Under the pieces are notes generated by a model. That model was not told where the DNA came from. It saw only the letters and a program-made list of their open reading frames with translations, and searched no databases. DNA of 64,000 bases from a virus. This document shows, in pieces, positions 30,621 to 40,573 of this stretch. Each line of letters begins with the position of its first letter. Positions within the stretch are counted from its first letter, which is position 1. The DNA lies in the IMG/VR virus record IMGVR_UViG_3300042448_000816, positions 48,371 to 112,370 of that record; one strand, 5' to 3'. A program made the translations under genes and the position numbers.

Positions 30621-33600
30621 CTATACAGCAGGAAGGATACGGCTTTGCCAAGTTATTCCCTGATAGAGATTATATTCATAATCATTTACCCTTAATGGGA
30701 CATTATCGTCAATGATGATCTTGTTTGTTCCAGTGTAGGTCTTATATATCTCTGATGGGTCTACCCCCAAAATGTTTGACTGGCTTAAAATTAAAACACT
30801 GTTCCAGGTATAGCTTTGATTCCAGAAATTCCAGATAGCATTGTCAATACTGGCTAGGAACCAAGACCTTATGGTGTTTCTCTGTATTTCCTGTAGCCCA
30901 GTTGCTTTATACTGAGAAATATTGTTTACTAAAACTGATCCAGTAAATCTAAGGCCTCCAGCGTAGGAGTCAAAATCCAGCACTTTTGGAAACGAAACTC
31001 CAATAGTTCCCCAGTCGTTTAGGGTTATGACTGGTTCCCTAACTATATTACCGTTCCAATAAAAAGTAATACCGTTTTCAAATGTTCCAGTTTTTGCGTT
31101 AATTCCATAAATTCTAGCTCTTTTGCCAGTAATGTCATTAGCAACTAGGTAAAACTTTATATATGTATCTTTGCTTTCAATTTCAAATATTTGTTCTGGG
31201 TCTGATGGAAACCTGTCTTTGCCATACCTAATAAAAGCCTGAAGAGCAATAATCTTATAAGTTTCAGCCAGGTCTTTATTTACTGGAATAGAAAAGCCAC
31301 GATTTACCAATGAATCGTAATCTCCCAATTTTTCTAATCCACTTTTCTTTGTTAAGTATAAATACGGAGTGCTTCCTTTATAAATCCTATATGGATTTCT
31401 AGACTTATAGTCAAAGTAAGATCCGTACTTAATATATGGAAAAACTGGTACCCCAAATCTTGTTCCAACGGGGTTAGAGGATCTTTCGTTAAAAGCTTGA
31501 GAGGCATACTGCATCTTTTTTATAACTAATGGATTTGATACAATTCCTGGAATTGTCCATTCAAGATGAGTTACAAGAGATATATCCGTAAGCTTAATTC
31601 CTTTTGGTGGGTAAATAACTGTTCCATCCACAACCTCATACCTGTATGTTAGCCAGCTGTCGTGTATGTTGTTCCCAGTTTCCAGGTCTACTCCAACAAC
31701 ATAGGTTCCTGGCGAAACTACGTTGTTTTGTGCAGCTGGTATGGTTTTAAAATAAGAGCTTTTTGCAGATGGGTTATTTTTTAAATACTGAAAAGAAACA
31801 TAAGACTTAACCATGTTTTTAGATGTGTCATAGCTACCATTTTCAAAATTTTCTAATGCTGGATAGTCTATATTAAACTGAATAAGATCTAGGTCATAGT
31901 ATTTTTTGTCTTTAATATCCGAAACGTATTGTGAGAAAAAGGTAAGCGGTTGGTAATCTTCCCAATAACCGTCTATAGCAATATCCATTGTTATAGTATT
32001 AAAGTTTATTTTTGGGATTAGTGTGTAACTAGCTATAAAGTCTTTGATTACGCTAAAGGATACCCCGCTAGAATAGTCATCGTACTCTCCAGCGTCTAGG
32101 GATTCTTCGTATTCTGTCTCTGATACTCCTCCAGCATCAAAAGGCGGTGTTAAAGAATGATCATTAAAATAATCTTCATAGTTAAAATAAGTAAGAAGCC
32201 CCTTCTCATCAAATAAAGATGAAATTTTGTCTAGATTTCTTTCACTTGAAAAACCAACCTTGTATATTTTTCCAACGAATGTTTTATTAAAGTCTTGATC
32301 TCCTCCAATAAACATTGAAAGCTGATTTTTGTTATTAAAAAAAGCTGATATTTGTTTTCCAAAGTATCTCGAAAATACTTCTAGGTTAATCCCCACAGAA
32401 AGGTTTTTTCCAGGAACGGCAGCATCTTCTTGATATAAGCTTGTTACAACTCCGTCAAAGGATAATGTATAGTGCAAGATTCCAGACTGGATATATATTT
32501 CTAAATTGTTTGAGCTTGTTTTGTCTTGTATTTTAAAAAGTACTTGTTTGCTTGATGGCAAAGATATTGGTAAATTGAATACCCCGAAGAAAGCTTTTAG
32601 GTCTTGCTTAATAATATTCATGTTTTCAAAAAACAAGTACCCTTGTTTATTTACAAAACTAAGAAAAGGGTCTGTTTGCTGTCCGCTACTTTCATACAGG
32701 CTAGAGTACCAGGAGTCTGTTGTTGAATTATCCTCAAATACAGCAACAGGTAAATTATGATTCGGCACAGAAAGCGAGTCATCTGCTATGGATAAGTTTT
32801 CCATAATTCCCTGGTTCCAACGACCAATGTCTGGATAGCTGTAGTTGCTGGTATAGTCTGCAAAAGCATAGTCTACAAGCACAGATGTTCCTCCGTAAGC
32901 ACTATTTGCACTTTCTGGAAACTCTACTGCCTGGCCATAGGCAAACCTTCTTTTTGCAACAACTGCTGGGACCAAATAAGAGTAAATTGCTACACAATCA
33001 ATATCAAGAGAGGGGACATTTTCTGAGGCATAAAATCCTAGCCAGTCATTGTTTTTTTGAATACCAGACTGAACTATTGTTGCTGGCGGCAAAGAAATAT
33101 CTGGTGTTGAATAGTTTATTTCTATTACCCCTTCTCCATTTATTAATAGAGATGCAGAGTTTTCAAAAATCTTAAAGTCTAGCAACATTGGTCTATACCA
33201 CTCTGTAATTGCATGAGATCCGACAACGTTTCCAATTTTAATTTTTATAAATGGTCCATCCACATAGATTCCATCTGTAGACCCAATTGGTCCGAATATC
33301 CTTGTAGCAGTTGTTGCCTTAGAGTCAATCCTTACCCACATTTCTGCGGTATACTCTCTATACCTTCCAGATTCATTTAAGAAACCCTGTCCAGGAATAA
33401 TTAAAGACGGATTGTTATTTTCATTTGGTAAAATTTTTGTAACATTTGAAGAGCCAAACACAATTGGGACTCCTGAGTTTTTAGCAACAAGGGCACCATT
33501 ATTTACAAAATAATATCCATCTAAATCCTGCAACCCGTAGGATTTTGCTTTAACTGCAAGGTAGTCAAATGGCACTTCTTCTGGCAAGGCTTCTGCAAAA

Positions 33601-34187
33601 ACCCCAGAAGATGTTGCTGAAAAATCTTCTGACCATTGGCCAAAAGTTACACCATTAATGTGAAATTGACTAGAGCTGCTAATGCTAGCGTAAGTAATTC
33701 TTATAACAATTTTTAGTAAACTTGTAGTTGCGGGTATTCTAAAAGTTTCTGAAATTAGTGACCATCTTTTTACAATCCTGGAGTTAAACTTTCTTAAAAC
33801 AGGGGTAGCCAATCCGTCATAAGTGTAGCCAATTTCATAAGATATTACTGAGGCAGACTCTGAAAAAACATATGCTCCTATTGAAAAAGTTTCTAGGTCT
33901 TGGCTCATAAAAAGAGGACTTTGAATCCCTGGGCTTGTCATTGTAACTTGAGCTACCTGAGTTGGCTGAAGTATTGTGTTTATAGTGGTAACTGAGGTGT
34001 CTGGCATTGGTTCGTTTATAATTTCATTATTTTGAACAGCACTACCGCCAGAAACGGTCCAGGAAAAAACATTTCTTTTGTCATTGGGAATTATAGAAAA
34101 ATAATCAGCTTTATCGTCTAAAGCCCACATGGCAATAGGGTGCTCGCTAAAGATCTTTTCAGCGTATAAATTAGATGGGTTGGCCAT
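30621..34187 (-). CDS. Large virion protein with LamG/concanavalin-like domains
   Basis: HPIAMWALDD, YTAEMWVRI, ASLLING, IDCVAIY. Confidence 0.6.
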   Translation of the reverse strand: MANPSNLYAEKIFSEHPIAMWALDDKADYFSIIPNDKRNVFSWTVSGGSAVQNNEIINEPMPDTSVTTINTILQPTQVAQVTMTSPGIQSPLFMSQDLETFSIGAYVFSESASVISYEIGYTYDGLATPVLRKFNSRIVKRWSLISETFRIPATTSLLKIVIRITYASISSSSQFHINGVTFGQWSEDFSATSSGVFAEALPEEVPFDYLAVKAKSYGLQDLDGYYFVNNGALVAKNSGVPIVFGSSNVTKILPNENNNPSLIIPGQGFLNESGRYREYTAEMWVRIDSKATTATRIFGPIGSTDGIYVDGPFIKIKIGNVVGSHAITEWYRPMLLDFKIFENSASLLINGEGVIEINYSTPDISLPPATIVQSGIQKNNDWLGFYASENVPSLDIDCVAIYSYLVPAVVAKRRFAYGQAVEFPESANSAYGGTSVLVDYAFADYTSNYSYPDIGRWNQGIMENLSIADDSLSVPNHNLPVAVFEDNSTTDSWYSSLYESSGQQTDPFLSFVNKQGYLFFENMNIIKQDLKAFFGVFNLPISLPSSKQVLFKIQDKTSSNNLEIYIQSGILHYTLSFDGVVTSLYQEDAAVPGKNLSVGINLEVFSRYFGKQISAFFNNKNQLSMFIGGDQDFNKTFVGKIYKVGFSSERNLDKISSLFDEKGLLTYFNYEDYFNDHSLTPPFDAGGVSETEYEESLDAGEYDDYSSGVSFSVIKDFIASYTLIPKINFNTITMDIAIDGYWEDYQPLTFFSQYVSDIKDKKYYDLDLIQFNIDYPALENFENGSYDTSKNMVKSYVSFQYLKNNPSAKSSYFKTIPAAQNNVVSPGTYVVGVDLETGNNIHDSWLTYRYEVVDGTVIYPPKGIKLTDISLVTHLEWTIPGIVSNPLVIKKMQYASQAFNERSSNPVGTRFGVPVFPYIKYGSYFDYKSRNPYRIYKGSTPYLYLTKKSGLEKLGDYDSLVNRGFSIPVNKDLAETYKIIALQAFIRYGKDRFPSDPEQIFEIESKDTYIKFYLVANDITGKRARIYGINAKTGTFENGITFYWNGNIVREPVITLNDWGTIGVSFPKVLDFDSYAGGLRFTGSVLVNNISQYKATGLQEIQRNTIRSWFLASIDNAIWNFWNQSYTWNSVLILSQSNILGVDPSEIYKTYTGTNKIIIDDNVPLRVNDYEYNLYQGITWQSRILPAV

Positions 34188-34213
34188 TATTCTCCTACCC
34201 TATTTTACCATAC

Positions 34214-34438
34214 TCAGTTGTCTAGCTCAAAGACTTTTTCGTTAGCTTCAAACTTAAACCTACCTGTTTGATACATGTGTTCCTGAACCCTGCCCCAAAA
34301 AGTCTGAGCCTCTTCTTGTTTGGTTTTTTCGGCCATAAAAGCATCAAAAACTTCTTGTGCTACCTGAGACTCTCCGTGACAGGTGGCACATCCTGTATTA
34401 TCTGGTCCCGCACATGCTGGGCAATTAATTTTTATCAC
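34214..34438 (-). CDS. Small zinc-finger protein (DnaJ-like CxxCxG repeats)
   Basis: CPACAG...CATCHG. Confidence 0.6.
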   Translation of the reverse strand: MIKINCPACAGPDNTGCATCHGESQVAQEVFDAFMAEKTKQEEAQTFWGRVQEHMYQTGRFKFEANEKVFELDN

Positions 34439-34455
34439 TATAGCTCCTTCTATTG

Positions 34456-35664
34456 TTATGCAAAGCTTCCTCCAATACGGGCAACACGATTCACTGTTGA
34501 ATTATTAAAAGACGTAAAGCCCCCACTCAGAATAATGTTGGCGTCTGGCTGGCTTACAACTGCATGTACAGTGTTATTTGCACCAGAGCCCGTGTTGGTG
34601 GTAAATCCCACGTCTCTAGTTCCATCAATATTAAGTCTTACAATACGATCAACAGTTGCTCCGTTAAAAGTTGTAAAGGATCCACCTATAACAATCTTTC
34701 CATCTGACTGAATGGCTATTGAGAGTATATTGCCATTTGCCCCAGATCCTGTATTAGTCGTAAAAGCTACATCTCTGGTGCCATCACTATTAAGTCTTAC
34801 AATACGATTAACAGTTGCTCCGTTAAAAGTTGTAAAGCTACCACCTAGCAAAATCCCTTGATTTGACTGGATTGCTATTGAAAGCACGGATCCCGTATTC
34901 GACGTGTTTGAGCCCAGGTTGTTATTAAAGGTGGTATCTTGTGCTCCAGAAGAGTTCATTCGAAAAAATCTATTCTGGATGCTAAAATAATTAAAATCTG
35001 GTCCCTGAACTAAGACTAAAACATTAACAGAGTAACAGATTTTATTATCTGCATGTAGCTTTATTGCATAAATCTGATCGTATGGAGAAAATTCTGCCAC
35101 CTCTGTTCCCGTAAAGCCTGTGTCCCTAGTTCCATCTGTGTTAAGCCTTATAATGCATTTTACGGCTACCCCATTAAAAGTTTTAAAATATCCTGACAAC
35201 AATATTTTTCCATCTGACTGAATTGCTATTTCTGATACTGTGTTGTTTGCACCAGATCCTGTGTTGGTAGTAAATCCTACATCTCTAGTTCCATCACTAT
35301 TAAGTCTTACAATACGATTTACTGTTGCTCCGTTAAAAGTTGTAAAAGCTCCACCTATAATAATCTTTCCATCTGACTGAATTGCTATTGCTGATACTGT
35401 GTTGTCTAAACCAGCTCCCACATTAGTCATAAAGTCTATGTCTGCTTCTCCATTACCATATAATCTTACAATGCGATTTGCCGTTACGTTATGAAAGTTT
35501 GTAAAGCTACCACCTAGGAGTATTCTTCCATCTGACTGAATTGCTATTTCTGATACTGTGTTGTTTGCACCAGATCCAATTTTTGAAATAAAGTTAAGAT
35601 CTGAGACTCCGCCAGATAAAGCTGCCCTTAAAGCTGCAGATAGTCCGCTTAGTGCCCCAGACAT
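34456..35664 (-). CDS. Delta-60 repeat (DUF5122-like) beta-propeller, putative receptor-binding tip
   Basis: About 7 repeats of IAIQSDGKI.IGG.FTTFNG....RIVRLN.DGTRD..F, near-identical at DNA level. Confidence 0.85.
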   Translation of the reverse strand: MSGALSGLSAALRAALSGGVSDLNFISKIGSGANNTVSEIAIQSDGRILLGGSFTNFHNVTANRIVRLYGNGEADIDFMTNVGAGLDNTVSAIAIQSDGKIIIGGAFTTFNGATVNRIVRLNSDGTRDVGFTTNTGSGANNTVSEIAIQSDGKILLSGYFKTFNGVAVKCIIRLNTDGTRDTGFTGTEVAEFSPYDQIYAIKLHADNKICYSVNVLVLVQGPDFNYFSIQNRFFRMNSSGAQDTTFNNNLGSNTSNTGSVLSIAIQSNQGILLGGSFTTFNGATVNRIVRLNSDGTRDVAFTTNTGSGANGNILSIAIQSDGKIVIGGSFTTFNGATVDRIVRLNIDGTRDVGFTTNTGSGANNTVHAVVSQPDANIILSGGFTSFNNSTVNRVARIGGSFA

Positions 35665-36827
35665 TATGTTAGACCATTACCAGATATTACCCAAACATCT
35701 AGGCCTTGCTGTACAGCTGTAGCTATTCCCCAGGGAGCTAGGGTCCTGCTTCCAATAGCCCCAGTTCCAGCTAACCTTAATACTCCTGGACTTTCAACCT
35801 GAATAGTCATCTGATAGACAGGTATAAAAGTAATTGCTGTCCCAATATCAAAACTTAAGTTTTCAAAGCTTGGGATTGTAACTGTTCTGTTGGCTTCGCT
35901 TGTAACAAATTTTCCAGCATCAGCACGTTGAATCGTATATGGCCCAGTGTAGCCTCCAGTTTCATAGACTTTGGGAATACTCTTATACCCAATACCGCTT
36001 GCCCCGCCGTCATTAAGGCCAGCGGCTGGAGTTCCAGTGACTGTTCCAGTAAATGTTGGATTGTTTATTGGTGCCTTGGCTGCTAGGTCAGTAGTAAGAT
36101 TAGTTACTTGAGACTGACCAATTGTTCCCCAAGCAGTCGAATAGTCAGCACTTCCCGATTTAACCAAAACCTGACCATCAGTTCCTCCAACCGCAACACC
36201 AGATCCGTTTGCTCCAGTAGGCCCAGTGGGTCCAGTAACATTAGAGGCGGCACCAGTAGGTCCAGTAGGTCCAGTTGGACCGATTGGTCCAACAATCTGT
36301 CCTGCATCATCAAACGAAACACCATTCCACACGTACAAGTTTCCATCTGCATCAACGATATATGCATCGTTTACAGAGTTACCTACTGTGGGTAAGTTAC
36401 CTACAGTAGCGACAGATCCAGAAAAATGAATGTCTGTACCCTGCGGTCCTGTTGGTCCAGTAGGTCCAGTAGGTCCAGTAACAGTTGAAGCAGGGCCCGT
36501 GGCTCCTGTAGCTCCTGTTTGTCCTGTAGGCCCTGTTGGTCCGCCAGATGGTCCTGTCGCACCTGTAGCTCCTGTAGGACCAGTAGGTCCAACTAGGGAA
36601 AGTAGCCACTGAGTTTCAGTGCCAGTAAAGCCATTAATTTTTGCAACTTCATAAGCTGAGTCACTGCCAATTTGAGATAGGGAGTTCCATGCGGTGATTC
36701 CATCTCCAAGCTTTACGACGTTCTCATTATAAGAAAAGCCAATTTCTCCTAGAGCTAGAACTGGATTTGTTGTTTCCCATTGGGTTTTAGTTCCACGTCT
36801 TTGGAACATTCTATATAATGATGACAT
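35664..36827 (-). CDS. Collagen-like tail fibre with Mtd-like N-terminus
   Basis: QRRGT..QW...[11 protein letters not shown]; (GPT)n; C-terminal WVISGNGLT. Confidence 0.8.
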   Translation of the reverse strand: MSSLYRMFQRRGTKTQWETTNPVLALGEIGFSYNENVVKLGDGITAWNSLSQIGSDSAYEVAKINGFTGTETQWLLSLVGPTGPTGATGATGPSGGPTGPTGQTGATGATGPASTVTGPTGPTGPTGPQGTDIHFSGSVATVGNLPTVGNSVNDAYIVDADGNLYVWNGVSFDDAGQIVGPIGPTGPTGPTGAASNVTGPTGPTGANGSGVAVGGTDGQVLVKSGSADYSTAWGTIGQSQVTNLTTDLAAKAPINNPTFTGTVTGTPAAGLNDGGASGIGYKSIPKVYETGGYTGPYTIQRADAGKFVTSEANRTVTIPSFENLSFDIGTAITFIPVYQMTIQVESPGVLRLAGTGAIGSRTLAPWGIATAVQQGLDVWVISGNGLT

Positions 36828-36855
36828 ATGTCTATTTTATCATAATAAAAGAGTT

Positions 36856-37920
36856 TTATTCAGCAAACCTACCCTGCTTGTTATAAAACCCTAAGTTATT
36901 TTTTAGCCTAGTGTCATTTGGATTATGACTAATTGCTAGTACAACTTGATCAATTGCCTCTTGTGTTTTCCCCAAATTCCAGGCAGATATGGAGGCTAGG
37001 TCATGGGGCAAGTCTTTCCAAGCAAAGTCTTCACAAAGGTAGTCTAGAGGCTTTTCTTTTATCGACAGAGCCTTTAAAGATTGTTCATAGCATAAGCTCC
37101 AGTCTTTTGTAAGGTAAGCATGATTTGCAAGCTCTACCCTCGGTTCTCTTCTGTTCGGATCTTCTTCTATAGCTTTCAAAAGATACTCTTTTGCCTTTTC
37201 TGGATTACACTTAGCTAGATAACGATAAGAGGCTGCTCTTTCTGGGGCCCAGGTAGCTTTTGGCAATGATAGGTGACGCTGAAACTCTTTAGCAGCATCG
37301 TCAAACTTTTTATTTAAATAAAGCTCACGTGCATAATAATAAGCATTTCTGTCATCGTTTGGATCTTCTATTGTAGACAGCTTTAACAATGGAAGGTATT
37401 GTCCACGTGATTTTGTAGAGTCTGGGTAATGATGAATTTCTATATTATACCACCCCTGTTTTTCCTGTAATCTATCTGCAGCTATAATTTCATGAACTGG
37501 ATGCTTCCAACGATATCCGTTACGAGCGTGTATTTTGTCTGCACCGTATTGTAATCCTGGTGTACCGTCGGCATTCCAAGACCAAGTATATTTATATCTA
37601 GGACGAGTCACCCTGTCTGTTAAGGCTTGTTCTAATTCTTTACGCCAGCCAGGAAGAATAACCTCATCCATATCAAGAGCAATGCAGTAGTCAATATCTG
37701 AGGGTATAACTGAAAGAGACGCATTACGAGCATCATCAAATCTCCATGGATTAATAGATATCTTTATAACATTTATGCCAAGAGCTTCTGCTTTAGCTAC
37801 CGTTAAATCTGTAGATCCTGTGTCTGCAATTAATAGGTAGTCAGCTTCTTTTGCTGACTCATACCACTTTTCTACAAACTGCTCTTCATTCAAAGCAATG
37901 GTGTATATTGCGACTTTCAT
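36856..37920 (-). CDS. GT2-family glycosyltransferase with TPR repeats
   Basis: IADTGSTD, FDDARNASL, ALDMDE (DxD), WKHPVHE, YYYARE. Confidence 0.85.
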   Translation of the reverse strand: MKVAIYTIALNEEQFVEKWYESAKEADYLLIADTGSTDLTVAKAEALGINVIKISINPWRFDDARNASLSVIPSDIDYCIALDMDEVILPGWRKELEQALTDRVTRPRYKYTWSWNADGTPGLQYGADKIHARNGYRWKHPVHEIIAADRLQEKQGWYNIEIHHYPDSTKSRGQYLPLLKLSTIEDPNDDRNAYYYARELYLNKKFDDAAKEFQRHLSLPKATWAPERAASYRYLAKCNPEKAKEYLLKAIEEDPNRREPRVELANHAYLTKDWSLCYEQSLKALSIKEKPLDYLCEDFAWKDLPHDLASISAWNLGKTQEAIDQVVLAISHNPNDTRLKNNLGFYNKQGRFAE

Positions 37921-37938
37921 TCTACCTCCGCTTGGCCA

Positions 37939-38934
37939 TTATAGCATCTTTGATACTTTTTTAAGATCTCTTAGAAAGCTTTCTTTGCTTCTATCAACGT
38001 TTGGAACAGCTATGTATATATGGTTTTTAAGCACTGAGAATGTTTTATAGAAATTATGAATCTCCCACTCATCTCCACCATCATGACCGCAGGTTCCAAA
38101 TTTTATTGGACAAACAATTTCAATCAGGGTTTGTCCTGGTTTCATAAACATTGAGCTTGTTAGGCCTGACCCAGCATACCCAGCAAAAACACTAACTTGG
38201 TCAAAAAACTCTATTTGTTTTTTAAGACTACCAAAAGACTCCCCATTAACAACTTCAAAACCTATTGACCTAAAAAATTCTTCTGCATCATCTTCATAGA
38301 TGTGCCTGTGATCTGCATTATCTTTGTAAACATCTTTTTTTCTAGATAAAAAAACCTTTTTATTTGGCACAGTGTCGTCTGACAGATTAGCAAAACTTTT
38401 TGCACTGTCGTATATAAAGTCTAAAGAAATTGCAGCATCTTGTTGTTGAATTTTTGTAGAGTTGTTTACTCTGAGATAGCTGTTGCTTGGGGGATTTCCA
38501 GTGTCGCTTTGATTTACCACTATCCAAGAAATTTCAATTCTATCTTTAAACTGGCTCATACAATGCTCAAAGAATGTATAAAACTCTCTTACAGTTTCTT
38601 GATCTTTATCTAGCTCAACCAAAACAAGCTCTACTTTTTTAATGTTGGATTTAATGCAGTTTTCTAAAAAAACAAAAAGTGTTCCAATAAAATCAGGAAA
38701 GTAATGAAAGTAACTATTAGGAATTTGAATCAATCCTTTAAAGTTTTCATTTAGTATTTCTTTAATTGGTGCATTTTCTTTTAAATAATTTTGTGATGAT
38801 TCAACAAAATAAGAGTTTACAACCGTTTTTTCTTTTTTAAAGTTATGCTCTGAAAATAAAATCTTTTCATTTAAATGAACGGCAAAATCTTTTTTGTCGT
38901 GAATGTGAAAGAAGTCATATTGATTACTTGTCAT
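37939..38934 (-). CDS. Glycosyltransferase family 61-like
   Basis: YFHYFPD, KVFLSR, QIEFF, GYAGSGLTSSMFM.PG..LIEI. Confidence 0.8.
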   Translation of the reverse strand: MTSNQYDFFHIHDKKDFAVHLNEKILFSEHNFKKEKTVVNSYFVESSQNYLKENAPIKEILNENFKGLIQIPNSYFHYFPDFIGTLFVFLENCIKSNIKKVELVLVELDKDQETVREFYTFFEHCMSQFKDRIEISWIVVNQSDTGNPPSNSYLRVNNSTKIQQQDAAISLDFIYDSAKSFANLSDDTVPNKKVFLSRKKDVYKDNADHRHIYEDDAEEFFRSIGFEVVNGESFGSLKKQIEFFDQVSVFAGYAGSGLTSSMFMKPGQTLIEIVCPIKFGTCGHDGGDEWEIHNFYKTFSVLKNHIYIAVPNVDRSKESFLRDLKKVSKML

Positions 38935-38958
38935 GTTGGTCTAACTAACTTTTGCTTT

Positions 38959-39114
38959 TTAAGAAAAGCTTGCTCCTTTGTGCTCTGGTCCAAATTTAAT
39001 TAAGCATACGTTACAGGTTTTAGACTTAAACTTTGTTACTGGGCATTGTGCCACAGTGAGCTCGTGTCCTTTTAGTTGGCATATTGCGGATTTTATCATT
39101 TTGATAATTCTCAT
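38959..39114 (-). CDS. 51-aa Cys/His microprotein (MRIIKMIKSAICQLKGHELTVAQCPVTKFKSKTCNVCLIKFGPEHKGASFS)
   Basis: Read by hand; GGTATAAT 6 nt before the ATG; C-x3-GH...C...CxxC. Confidence 0.6.
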   Translation of the reverse strand: MRIIKMIKSAICQLKGHELTVAQCPVTKFKSKTCNVCLIKFGPEHKGASFS

Positions 39115-39153
39115 AATTATATTATACCCCAAAAAAATCCAGGTGTCTATAGG

Positions 39154-39594
39154 CTAATCTGTTATAGTCTTTACGTAGTCGCTGCAAATGCCAAATACTG
39201 TGTCAAGATCTGGTAGTGGCTCTTGGTCTTTAAGAACAATGATAGACCTATCAGTAACAGGCTTTCCTGGATAAGTCCAAATTAAACCATTACTTGTTAG
39301 AGTGTAGCTATCCTCTTCGTGCCAAAAGTATTTAAAGTCTTCTTTTAAATTAACAAAGTATTCCAATGCTGCTAGATTTTTACAGTGAATCCAAAGGTTA
39401 TCTTTATATCTATTTAAAAAAGTTTTAGATGTTAAATATTGAGGCTTGTCATGTCCTAGCCAAAGCTTGTTATCTATTAAGCGAATATCAACCTCTACGT
39501 CAAATCCTGCATAGATTGCTTCTTCAATATAAAATGGGTGATTTTCTTTTGGCGATGGTCCTTTGAGATTTCCCCTATGAGCTATTTTTAACAT
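39154..39594 (-). CDS. Glycerophosphodiester phosphodiesterase-like (PLC-like) protein
   Basis: IAHRGN, EN, GFDVEVDI, LGHD, WIHCKN, GICSDY. Confidence 0.8.
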   Translation of the reverse strand: MLKIAHRGNLKGPSPKENHPFYIEEAIYAGFDVEVDIRLIDNKLWLGHDKPQYLTSKTFLNRYKDNLWIHCKNLAALEYFVNLKEDFKYFWHEEDSYTLTSNGLIWTYPGKPVTDRSIIVLKDQEPLPDLDTVFGICSDYVKTITD

Positions 39595-39601
39595 ATTTTA
39601 A

Positions 39602-40489
39602 CTAAAGTTCTATGTTATCAAGCTTGGCTTTGATTAGCTCTGCTTGTTTTTCTGAGTTTAAAACAGCAAGGTATGTGTGATTTTTTAAAAGTGCCATATA
39701 CTCATAGTGATCGTGGATGCCATAAATAATAGTTTTAGTTTCATCATCAGATATTGTATGGCCAACCATTACTTCTGTTAATATCTCAATAACTTTTTGA
39801 TTTTCTTGCATAAATATTAAACTTGTTAGCCCAGAACCACTTAACGCTACCAAAGTAGAGCAAGAATTAAAAAGCTCAAACTGTTCTTTAAAAGTAGTTA
39901 TATCTTCTGGATATACTATCTGGAATCCTTTTTCTATAAAGTAATTTTCTAAGATCTCTTCATCATCAACTCTTAAGTCAGGACTTGAATAGCTTTTTCT
40001 ACTAATATATATTTTTTTGTTTGGTGTTTCTGTAACTAGATTGTACTTACTTAAAAGATAATTATATAAAAGTGGAACGCCAGTCTCAAGGTCTGCACCA
40101 TTTATTGGAATAAAGTTTTTTGCATTTAGGTATGTAAATTCAGAATTGTCTACTTGTGTGTAGCTGATATTACGTTCTTGTAAAAGCTCTACCAGTAAAT
40201 TGTCAAAATTTTCTTCTCCAGGCCTTACATTGATATTGCACAAAACAAAGTGAAGGCTTTCATGGCTTACTTCTTCTAGCACCATAAGTGCTGGCATCAT
40301 AAGGTTTATAAGGAAATGGTGATAGTTTGACTTAGCGTCCATAATTACATATGTTTTATTATCTTCTAAAAAACTTATAAAGCTAAAACCTTCTGGAGAA
40401 TAGCCTGGCTCAAAATCACAAAATGATCCTAAAGTGTGTAGGTTTATATTGTGAATATCGTTTACTTTTTCTAATCTATCGCAAATCAT
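39602..40489 (-). CDS. Glycosyltransferase family 61-like
   Basis: NYHHFL, KIYISR, EQFELF, SGSGLTSLIFM. Confidence 0.8.
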   Translation of the reverse strand: MICDRLEKVNDIHNINLHTLGSFCDFEPGYSPEGFSFISFLEDNKTYVIMDAKSNYHHFLINLMMPALMVLEEVSHESLHFVLCNINVRPGEENFDNLLVELLQERNISYTQVDNSEFTYLNAKNFIPINGADLETGVPLLYNYLLSKYNLVTETPNKKIYISRKSYSSPDLRVDDEEILENYFIEKGFQIVYPEDITTFKEQFELFNSCSTLVALSGSGLTSLIFMQENQKVIEILTEVMVGHTISDDETKTIIYGIHDHYEYMALLKNHTYLAVLNSEKQAELIKAKLDNIEL

Positions 40490-40573
40490 CGTGTTTTCGC
40501 TAGCTTACCTTCCTGCAAAAATAAAAGGCTATCGTGCCACTTCTAGTTTAATTATACCAGTATTTTCTTGCTT

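Noticed and set aside
1560-36827. Diversity-generating retroelement suggested by two Mtd-like N-termini
   Set aside because: Only the N-terminal structural motif is present. No reverse transcriptase and no TR/VR pair differing at adenines was seen; the Delta-60 repeats are intragenic protein repeats.
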